This document shows, piece by piece, positions 18,977 through 26,496 of a stretch of 30,853 bases of DNA. Source of the DNA: a bacterium. Lineage in GTDB: Bacteria; JACRDZ01; JAQUKH01. Position numbers and translations under genes: made by a program. Where the stretch lies: assembly GCA_028719205.1 (NCBI GenBank), contig JAQUKH010000006.1, forward strand, positions 62,001 through 92,853, read 5' to 3'. The first letter of the stretch is position 1. Each line of letters starts with the position of its first letter. The notes below the pieces were generated by a model. It made no database searches. It worked only from the letters and a program-made list of their open reading frames with translations, and had not been told where the DNA came from.

Positions 18977-20812
18977 ATGTGCGGAATAGTTGGTTACATA
19001 GGAAATAAACAGGTTGTTCCGATATTATTGGACGGCCTGCAGAAGCTTGAATACCGCGGATATGATTCTGCCGGCATAGCTGTTCTTTTGGATGGCAAGA
19101 TCGAACGGCGGAGAATAGAAGGCAAGATCGCGGGATTAAAAGAGAAAATGGCTAAAGAACCTATTAATGGTTTTATGGGCATAGGGCATACCCGCTGGGC
19201 TACGCATGGAAGGCCTACGGAGGAAAACGCGCATCCTCATATTGACTGCAAAAATGAAATTGTTCTGGTGCATAATGGTATAATAGAGAATTATTTTACC
19301 CTCAGGCAGGAATTAATAGAACTCGGCCATAAATTTGTATCTGATACCGACACAGAGGTTCTGGCTCATTTAATTGAAGAAAACAATAAAAGCGGGAATT
19401 TCTTAGAGGCTGTAGTTAAATCATTGAAAGAGGCTGAAGGGTCATACGCGTTGGCAATTGTTTTGGATAAAACGCCTGATAAATTATACGCCGCGCGTTT
19501 GGGAAGCCCTTTGGTTATAGGTATTGGCGAAGGTGAGTATTATATAGCGTCGGATGTACTGGCGATACTTAATTATACAAAGAAGGTTATTTTCCTCGAG
19601 GATGGAGAAATAGCGGAGGTCTCAAAAGAGGGTTTTCATATATATACTATCGCTGATCTTTCGCGGGTAAATAAAAAGGCTCAATTGATCACATGGGACC
19701 CGATCACCGCGGAAAAAAGCGGTTATCGGCATTTTATGTTAAAAGAGATCTATGAACAGCCGCGGGTTATTGAAGAAAACATAAAAGGCAGGCTTTCAAA
19801 GGATAAAGAAGAGGTATATCTGGATTTTCCTGATCTTCCCGACAAAGAATTAGAAGGGATAAAAAAGGTATTAATAATTGCCTGCGGGACCTCATATCAC
19901 GCGGGGCTGGTCGGTAAATTTATTTTAGAAAAAATTCTCAGGATCTCTGTTGAAGTGGATATCGGTTCAGAATTCCGCTATCGAGACCCGATAATTGACA
20001 AGAATACGCTCCTTATAGCTATCAGCCAGTCGGGTGAAACCGCTGATACGATTGCCGCGGTTAAAGAAGCTCAAAAAAGCAACGCAAAAATAATTTCAAT
20101 ATGCAATGTTTTAGACAGCAGTATCACAAGGTTATCACACGGGGTAATTTATACCCATGCCGGGCCTGAGGTTGGGGTTGCCTCCACAAAGGCATTCACA
20201 GCTCAATTAACCGCCCTGTACCTTTTAGCTCTATATTTAGGTAAATTAAGAAAGAGTATTTCCAAGATAGAACTGATCGAGCTCATTGATGAGTTGTTAA
20301 AGCTTCCAAAAAAGGTTGAGGCGATATTAGAGAATGATAAGGATATTATTAAATGCAGTAAAACCTATTTCAAATATAAAAATTTTTTATACCTTGGAAG
20401 AGGGATAAATTATCCCATCGCGCTGGAAGGCGCGTTGAAATTAAAGGAAATTTCTTATCTCCATGCCGAGGGTTATCCGGCAGGCGAAATGAAACACGGC
20501 CCTATCGCGCTGATCGACGAGAATATGCCCATCGTTGCGATCGTTCCCCATGGGCAGGTTTATGATAAGATGGTAAGCAACCTGAGGGAAGTACAGGCAA
20601 GACAGGGTGTTATTGTTGCCGTTGGTTATAAAAATGATGAGATAGTAAAAGAAATGTCGGATTATTTTTTCACGATCCCCGAAACAATAGATTTTTTAAC
20701 CCCGATCCTTACCATTATTCCTCTACAGCTTCTGGCGTATCATGTAGCCTTGAAACTGGGAGTCGATATTGACCAGCCGAGAAATCTGGCGAAAAGCGTG
20801 ACGGTGGAATGA
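18977..20812 (+). CDS. glmS: Glutamine--fructose-6-phosphate aminotransferase
   Basis: N-terminal MCGIVG (start 18977), GHTRWATHG, SQSGETAD, C-terminal PRNLAKSVTVE. Confidence 0.98.
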   Translation: MCGIVGYIGNKQVVPILLDGLQKLEYRGYDSAGIAVLLDGKIERRRIEGKIAGLKEKMAKEPINGFMGIGHTRWATHGRPTEENAHPHIDCKNEIVLVHNGIIENYFTLRQELIELGHKFVSDTDTEVLAHLIEENNKSGNFLEAVVKSLKEAEGSYALAIVLDKTPDKLYAARLGSPLVIGIGEGEYYIASDVLAILNYTKKVIFLEDGEIAEVSKEGFHIYTIADLSRVNKKAQLITWDPITAEKSGYRHFMLKEIYEQPRVIEENIKGRLSKDKEEVYLDFPDLPDKELEGIKKVLIIACGTSYHAGLVGKFILEKILRISVEVDIGSEFRYRDPIIDKNTLLIAISQSGETADTIAAVKEAQKSNAKIISICNVLDSSITRLSHGVIYTHAGPEVGVASTKAFTAQLTALYLLALYLGKLRKSISKIELIELIDELLKLPKKVEAILENDKDIIKCSKTYFKYKNFLYLGRGINYPIALEGALKLKEISYLHAEGYPAGEMKHGPIALIDENMPIVAIVPHGQVYDKMVSNLREVQARQGVIVAVGYKNDEIVKEMSDYFFTIPETIDFLTPILTIIPLQLLAYHVALKLGVDIDQPRNLAKSVTVE

Positions 20813-20825
20813 GAGCACCAATTTG

Positions 20826-20860
20826 TTAACAATTGACAATTAAGCATTAACAATTTGCAA
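20826..20860 (+). repeat. Degenerate heptamer tandem repeat (5 units)
   Basis: TTAACAA TTGACAA TTAAGCA TTAACAA TTTGCAA. Confidence 0.55.
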
Positions 20861-20890
20861 TTTAAAAAATAGACATGTTCTTTTTATAAC

Positions 20891-20919
20891 TTGACAACAT
20901 TCAAATATTAAAATACAAT
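20891..20919 (+). promoter_or_regulatory. Near-consensus sigma-70 promoter upstream of the fibre locus
   Basis: TTGACA-17 nt-TACAAT. Confidence 0.65.
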
Positions 20920-20991
20920 ATAACCTATTGTTAATTATTTTAAGTTAGATTTAACTATATAACTGTAGAATAAAGTAGATATTTTTGAATT

Positions 20992-21042
20992 ATGAATTGG
21001 ACATTCTGGCCGGAAATCCAAAGGTATTTAAAAGCATCTTAA
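20992..21042 (+). other. Possible 16-aa upstream ORF MNWTFWPEIQRYLKAS
   Basis: ATG..TAA ending in the 5' arm of the hairpin; no clear RBS. Confidence 0.25.
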
Positions 21043-21079
21043 ATCGGTAAGTATTTTATCGATTTTAGATGCTTTTTTT
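21030..21079 (+). terminator. Terminator-like hairpin in the leader
   Basis: AAAAGCATCTTAAATCGGTAA-GTATT-TTATCGATTTTAGATGCTTTT followed by a T run. Confidence 0.7.
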
Positions 21080-21142
21080 ATTTTGTCATATAAAGTTAAC
21101 CTGTAAGAAATAGCAGGTGGTTAGGGAAAAACAGGGTGGTAA

Positions 21143-21296
21143 AATAAATTTTAATATTTCACTCCTGCGACGCAGGAAAATAAAAGGAGGTTTCCTTAAT
21201 GAAAAGTTTTAAAAAATATAAAATTTGGGTAGTGATGTTGAGCGTGTTTTTGTTGAGTTCAATATTAGGTTCGCAGGCTAAGGCGGGGTGGGTGGA
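21143..21296 (+). repeat. 154-bp direct repeat, copy 1 (5' UTR + signal-peptide coding region)
   Basis: Ungapped match to 25019-25172, 9 mismatches by manual count. Confidence 0.9.
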
Positions 21297-22395
21297 ATTG
21301 AGTGGGAAGATTTATTATGATGGTGGCAATGTTGGCATCGGGACGACGGAGCCGACGGCGAAACTTGATGTGCGTGGCTATATTGCTACGGATGTGGTCA
21401 ATTCATTCCAAGCTGGCGATCCCCTTGAGTTACAATATTCTATTGCGGGAGATGTCATAGTATCTGGTTCAGATAGCAATCTTCAAGTTCAAGGTACGGG
21501 TAATTCATCTTTTACAGGCAATCTCGGCATTGGGATAACGATTCCGGCGTCTAAACTCCATGTTAATGGTGGTCAAACATATTTAGTATATAATCATGCA
21601 AGTTCTCCAGCTCTTGATGTTCGTAATGCGGGTGGTGGGGCAGCAGCTGTATTTGGATTAGGTGGCGGTAATGTAGGCATCGGGACGGCGAATCCGGGTC
21701 ACAAATTAATGGTTATGGGAACCACTAGTGAGTGGATGTCGCGAGTTACTACTGATTGGACATTATCTACTGGTTCCGGACTTATGCTGGGAGTGGGAGG
21801 AAATACAGGAAATACTTTTTCAGAAATCAGGGCCATGTCATCTGGAGTTAATGCATGGAATAATTTAGTGTTACAATCAGGTGGTGGCAATGTTGGTATC
21901 GGGACGACGAGTCCGGCATCTAAACTCCATGTTAATGGTGGTCAAACATATTTAGTATATGATCATGCAAGTTCTGCTGCTCTTGATGTTCGTAATGCGG
22001 GTGGTGGGCCAGTAGCTATATTTGGATTAAATGGCGGCAATGTCGGTATCGGGACGTCGAATCCAACAGCTAGATTAGCTGTTAACGGCACAATAAAGGC
22101 AAAAGAAGTTATAGTTAGCACAACAGCGGCAGATTGGCCGGATGTTGTTTTTAAAGATGATTATGAATTAATGAAATTAAACGATTTGGAACAAAACATT
22201 AAAGAAAACGGCCATTTACCTAATATTCCTTCAGCTGGCGAAGTTGCTGAAAATGGAGTGAGTGTTGGTGAAATGCAGTCTAAACTTTTACAGAAAGTTG
22301 AAGAATTGACCCTTTATGTAATAGATCAGAATAAAAGAATAGCTTTATTGGAAAAAGAAAACGAATCGCTGAAAAAGAGCTATTCTGTAAAATAG
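21199..22395 (+). CDS. Secreted tail-fibre-like protein, paralogue 1 (GNVGIGT modules + S74-chaperone-like C-terminus)
   Basis: Signal peptide ending AKA; five G-N-V/L-G-I-G motifs; C-terminal WPDVVF...HLPNIPSA...LLQKVEELTLY coiled coil; AGGAGG RBS. Confidence 0.8.
   Translation: MKSFKKYKIWVVMLSVFLLSSILGSQAKAGWVELSGKIYYDGGNVGIGTTEPTAKLDVRGYIATDVVNSFQAGDPLELQYSIAGDVIVSGSDSNLQVQGTGNSSFTGNLGIGITIPASKLHVNGGQTYLVYNHASSPALDVRNAGGGAAAVFGLGGGNVGIGTANPGHKLMVMGTTSEWMSRVTTDWTLSTGSGLMLGVGGNTGNTFSEIRAMSSGVNAWNNLVLQSGGGNVGIGTTSPASKLHVNGGQTYLVYDHASSAALDVRNAGGGPVAIFGLNGGNVGIGTSNPTARLAVNGTIKAKEVIVSTTAADWPDVVFKDDYELMKLNDLEQNIKENGHLPNIPSAGEVAENGVSVGEMQSKLLQKVEELTLYVIDQNKRIALLEKENESLKKSYSVK
21517..22035 (+). 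repeat. Intragenic 150-bp module duplicated non-tandemly (21517-21666 and 21886-22035)
   Basis: PASKLHVNGGQTYLVY.HASS.ALDVRNAGGG occurs twice; about 16 mismatches in 150 nt by manual count. Confidence 0.9.
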
Positions 22396-22464
22396 ACTAT
22401 TAATTTTAGAAAAGTAGAAAGTTAAAATATTATTAATTAACATTGTTAATAAAAGGGGGGCGTA

Positions 22465-25020
22465 ATGTTTAAAAAATTAAAGATTTTTTCTTTGTTTATG
22501 TGTATATTTTGCTTTATTTTTATTGTTTCGTTAGAGTCACTTTCTTATGCAACATTGGATATCACATATAAATTAAATCCTGAGGTTGTTTTATCTGCTC
22601 GAAATATAAATGACAATTTAACCAATCCTAGCTTTTTTACTGGTGATCACCTACGATCTTTGTTTCAAGATGGTTATTACCATAGCGTTCTATTTTTTTC
22701 TATGGATAATACTCCAATAAGTCCTGAAGATATTGCACAAAACAATGGTGAGCCTCAAGCTATTTTTATTAGTAGAGATATTAATCTTCCAGAAGGAGAT
22801 TATCTTGCTAGATTTTATCTTTATGTTGATGGAAATGGTTTAAGTAATTGCTCTGATTGGGATCCGCCTGGCGCGTTTTATAGTGGCTGGGAATGTAATG
22901 GTGGTAAAATTTGGAGTGTTAATTATAATAATTTAAATATGTTTTGGCCAGAGGTGAGAATATTAGCTCAACTTTTAGGGTCTGATGTTTTAGATGTTTT
23001 TAGATTAGAAGTTTGGCATAAAGATACTAATGGTGCAGAAACAATAATTGGTTCGGATACAATTCCTATCCGATATTTACTACAGCCTGAAATTAGTGAT
23101 TTTAACGGAGATGATAAACTCTCAAAAATAGACTTGCGATTTTCAACTGGAGGATATCAAAATGGATCTTTTATTTTAAAGGTAAAATGGTTAACTAAAC
23201 AAGGTGATGCTTATAATAGAATAATTAATTTCCCTGGTATGCCTACTACTTGGAATGATCGTGGATATGGCTGGAATGGAGGTATGGAAAAAGTTGAGCT
23301 TTATCAGGCGCCTGGAATAACAAATTTAACAGTAAATGATGGTTTAATGACAGATCTGAATAAAAAGGCGAACTACATTGATAGTGACATTAAAGCAGAG
23401 CATCTTGATAATGGGCAAATTATTAAAATACCTGGTAGTGGTGCTAATCACGATGAAGGAGACGCGGCACTGTGGACTGGTGTCTATGCTGCAACGCAGG
23501 CAATGAAATATAAGACAACAAGAGATCCTGTTGCAAAAGAAAATATGGAAAATGCATTAAGAGCATTAAACAGATTAGTTGATTATGGTGTGAATCATGG
23601 TAACCCTGGTTATGTTCCGAGATACATCGATTATAACCGTGTAGCCTATTCAGGTAACTCTAGCAAAGATACATATACAGGTGTAATGTTTGGATACGCG
23701 ATGGCTTATGATCAAATCGAAGATATTTCGTTAAAAAATGATGTTCAAACAAATGTGAAAATAATAGTTAAACATTTTATTGACCATAACTTTCATTTTG
23801 TAGACCAGGCATCAGGGACAAATGTTGACCTATCACCTTATATGTCTTATTATGCGTTAAGTAATTATGGAATTCTTCAGCCATTAAACTTTGCGGTCTA
23901 TCTTATTTCTACTTTTAGTCAGGGATATTTTGTGCCAGGTTTTTTAAATATAAATAATATGTTCAAATATCTGTATGAATCCCAGGCGTTTGTTTTCTAC
24001 GATAGTAATTTATATAGTTTTGTTGAGAACAATACTATATATAATGACGACTTAAGTAACAAAAAATTCCCTTCTCCTGATAGTTTATTAGGATTAATGA
24101 TGTTAAAAACCGCAGATACAATAATTCCTGACAGCACAATAACATTAGCTAATCCAATAATAATTGATAATATATCCGTATCAAATCCAACATATCGGGA
24201 ATACTATGAAAATAATTTAAGTAATAATTACCAGTTCCTGCCATGGGTCAAAGTAACAAGTGGTTATACAGATTATAATTTAATGAAAAGCATATTCACA
24301 GAAAAGAAATTAGATTTATTGAAGGCTTGCGGGGAAACACATCATTTATCTTGGTTTGCGGCATATACTCTAATGACGCTAGAAAATAATAGTGCTATAA
24401 AAAATGAATATAAAAATTTACTAAAGTATATGTGGCTGCCATATAGTGATGAATATAATTCAATGTATAATTTTATGAATTTTGCGTGTGATCCTAATTC
24501 TACATTTTCTCAAAAAGGCAGATTAGATGGTATTTGGTCATTAAAGGATTTCCCTTATGATAAAATTGGAACAGGGCTTAGAACTTTTCCACTTACAGAA
24601 CAAGGGATTCAAATAAGCGAGGAAGATCTTGGCGGTATAATAGGATATCAGAGTGATACCTCTAAAATTGTTTTGGCATCACCTGTGCCAATGCTTTTCA
24701 GATACAGAAATGCTTTTTGTTGGCAGCAGAGTCCGCGAGATTTTGCGCATGATGACGCTGGTACCAAATACTCCGGATTAGATTATTTATTTGCCTACTG
24801 GTTAGGACGAAGTAATAATATTATCACTGTTCCTCAAAATTCTGAAATAACAAATCAAGAACTTAATGGATTGTATGAAGGTGTTAATGAAATTACAATA
24901 GGGCCAAATGTTACTGTTGAAAATAATGCAAATGTTACTGTAAAAGCAGGGGATCGTATTGTAATTAAACCTTATTTTATTGCAAAAGAAGGTTCTTATT
25001 TACATTTATGTATTGAATAA
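22465..25020 (+). CDS. Large secreted hypothetical protein; helical (alpha/alpha-barrel-like) central/C-terminal region and a short beta-rich tail
   Basis: Hydrophobic N-terminal signal; DAALWTGVY, SSKDTYTG, GLDYLFAYWLGR; tail ITIGPNVTVENNANVTVKAGDRIVIKPYFIAKEGS. The fold is inferred. Confidence 0.6.
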   Translation: MFKKLKIFSLFMCIFCFIFIVSLESLSYATLDITYKLNPEVVLSARNINDNLTNPSFFTGDHLRSLFQDGYYHSVLFFSMDNTPISPEDIAQNNGEPQAIFISRDINLPEGDYLARFYLYVDGNGLSNCSDWDPPGAFYSGWECNGGKIWSVNYNNLNMFWPEVRILAQLLGSDVLDVFRLEVWHKDTNGAETIIGSDTIPIRYLLQPEISDFNGDDKLSKIDLRFSTGGYQNGSFILKVKWLTKQGDAYNRIINFPGMPTTWNDRGYGWNGGMEKVELYQAPGITNLTVNDGLMTDLNKKANYIDSDIKAEHLDNGQIIKIPGSGANHDEGDAALWTGVYAATQAMKYKTTRDPVAKENMENALRALNRLVDYGVNHGNPGYVPRYIDYNRVAYSGNSSKDTYTGVMFGYAMAYDQIEDISLKNDVQTNVKIIVKHFIDHNFHFVDQASGTNVDLSPYMSYYALSNYGILQPLNFAVYLISTFSQGYFVPGFLNINNMFKYLYESQAFVFYDSNLYSFVENNTIYNDDLSNKKFPSPDSLLGLMMLKTADTIIPDSTITLANPIIIDNISVSNPTYREYYENNLSNNYQFLPWVKVTSGYTDYNLMKSIFTEKKLDLLKACGETHHLSWFAAYTLMTLENNSAIKNEYKNLLKYMWLPYSDEYNSMYNFMNFACDPNSTFSQKGRLDGIWSLKDFPYDKIGTGLRTFPLTEQGIQISEEDLGGIIGYQSDTSKIVLASPVPMLFRYRNAFCWQQSPRDFAHDDAGTKYSGLDYLFAYWLGRSNNIITVPQNSEITNQELNGLYEGVNEITIGPNVTVENNANVTVKAGDRIVIKPYFIAKEGSYLHLCIE

Positions 25021-25172
25021 TAAATTTTAATATTTTACTCCTGCAATGCAGGAGAATAAAAGGAGGTTTCCTTAATGAAAAGTTTTAAAAAATGTAAAAT
25101 TTGGATAGTGATGTTGAACATGTTTTTGTTGAGTTCAATATTAGGTTCGCAGGCGAAGGCGGGGTGGGTGGA
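25019..25172 (+). repeat. 154-bp direct repeat, copy 2
   Basis: Matches 21143-21296 at an offset of 3876. Confidence 0.9.
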
Positions 25173-26274
25173 TTCAACAGGATGTACTTATTATATTGGA
25201 GGCTATGCCGGTATTGGGACGACGAGTCCTGCAAGGCAATTGGAAATTTCTGCCGCTGGCGGTTCAAGATTAAGAATTACGAGTACCATTGATAATAATG
25301 CTGATTTAGAGTTTTACACGAATGGAATTAGTCGAGCAATTGTTGAGGGAAATTCCATTGGCATGGCTTTGGGAACCATAGGCGCATTGCCTACGATGTT
25401 TGTTACTAACAATTCCGAAAAAATGAGAATTGACAGCACCGGAAAAGTTGGTATCGGGACGACGAGTCCGGCAAGGCAATTGGAAATTTCTGCCGCTGGC
25501 GGTTCAAGATTAAGAATTACGAGCACCATTGATAATAATGCTGATATAGAGTTTTACACGAATGGAATTAATCGGGCAATTGTTGAGGGAAATGCCAATG
25601 GCATGGCTTTGGGAACCATAGGCGCATTGCCTACGATGTTTGTCACTAACAATTCCGTAAAAATGATAATTGACAGCACCGGCAATGTTGGTATCGGGAC
25701 GGCGAATCCAGAAAGGCAATTGGAAATTTCTGCTGCTGGCGGTTCAAGATTAAGAATTACGAGCACTATTGATAATAATGCTGATGTAGAGTTTTACACG
25801 AATGGAATTAATCGGGCAATTATTGAGGGAAATTCCATTGGCATGGCTTTGGGAACCATAGGTGCATTGCCTACGATGTTTGTTACTAACAATTCCGAAA
25901 AAATGAGAATTGATAGCTCCGGCAACGTCGGCATCGGGACGACTAATCCAACAGCTAAATTAGCAGTCAGAGGTACAATAAAAGCTACAGAATTAGTTGT
26001 TCTTGCGGATAATCCAACCAATTGGCCTGACCACGTTTTTAAAGCTGACTATAACCTAATGAAACTGGATGACCTCGAAGGTAACATTAAAGAAAACGGC
26101 CATTTACCTAATATTCCTTCAGCCAGCGAGGTTGCTGAAAATGGAGTGAGCGTTGGTGAAATGCAGTCTAAACTTTTGCAGAAAGTTGAAGAGTTGACGT
26201 TGTATGTAATTGAGCAAAATAAAGAGATTAGTGTGTTGAAAAAAGAACTTGCGATGGTTAAACAAGAAAAATAA
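25075..26274 (+). CDS. Secreted tail-fibre-like protein, paralogue 2
   Basis: Same signal peptide and C-terminal block as 21199-22395; four GIGT motifs bounding three 80-aa repeats. Confidence 0.8.
   Translation: MKSFKKCKIWIVMLNMFLLSSILGSQAKAGWVDSTGCTYYIGGYAGIGTTSPARQLEISAAGGSRLRITSTIDNNADLEFYTNGISRAIVEGNSIGMALGTIGALPTMFVTNNSEKMRIDSTGKVGIGTTSPARQLEISAAGGSRLRITSTIDNNADIEFYTNGINRAIVEGNANGMALGTIGALPTMFVTNNSVKMIIDSTGNVGIGTANPERQLEISAAGGSRLRITSTIDNNADVEFYTNGINRAIIEGNSIGMALGTIGALPTMFVTNNSEKMRIDSSGNVGIGTTNPTAKLAVRGTIKATELVVLADNPTNWPDHVFKADYNLMKLDDLEGNIKENGHLPNIPSASEVAENGVSVGEMQSKLLQKVEELTLYVIEQNKEISVLKKELAMVKQEK
25201..25920 (+). repeat. Three tandem 240-bp (80-aa) intragenic repeats
   Basis: Units start at 25201, 25441 and 25681 and are near-identical at nucleotide level. 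Confidence 0.95.
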
Positions 26275-26286
26275 GAGAATTGTTTT

Positions 26287-26341
26287 CTCCTTTTGCCCCC
26301 TCTTTTTTTAAAGAGGGGGTAGGGGGAGTTTCTTCTTTCTT
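26287..26341 (+). terminator. Long hairpin (terminator or REP-like) closing the fibre locus
   Basis: CTCCTTTTGCCCCCTCTTT-TTTT-AAAGAGGGGGTAGGGGGAG followed by a T-rich tract. Confidence 0.6.
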
Positions 26342-26398
26342 GCTGGTTATATTTCTCACCTCAAGTATCCTAAAATTTGCAACTATTTATAAATAAAC

Positions 26399-26434
26399 AA
26401 TGTAATTGAAATTAGGCGGCAATTACATTATAAT
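26399..26434 (+). promoter_or_regulatory. Sigma-70 promoter with an overlapping 10-bp inverted repeat
   Basis: TTGAAA(26406)-17 nt-TATAAT(26429); AATGTAATTG-N11-CAATTACATT. Confidence 0.55.
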
Positions 26435-26496
26435 ATATACAATTTTTCAATTAATTTAAGGAAATAAAAGTACTTTTTATAAAGAAATAATCAGTA

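Noticed and set aside
21097-21123. Small ACCTG...CAGGT hairpin as a riboswitch part
   Set aside because: The stem is only about 5 bp and matches no aptamer I recognise.
21517-25920. DGR template/variable repeat pair
   Set aside because: No reverse transcriptase is in the window, all copies are in-frame coding, and differences are not confined to adenines of one copy.
21325-25945. CRISPR array or shufflon
   Set aside because: The repeats are degenerate, in-frame and all direct, with 150-240 nt spacing; there are no cas or invertase genes.
21199-26274. Prophage or tailocin tail genes
   Set aside because: Both proteins have Sec-type signal peptides, and there are no structural, lysis or integrase genes nearby.
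20813-26330. Tn7-like transposon at glmS
   Set aside because: No tnsABCD genes, TGT...ACA ends with TnsB repeats, or target duplication were recognised.
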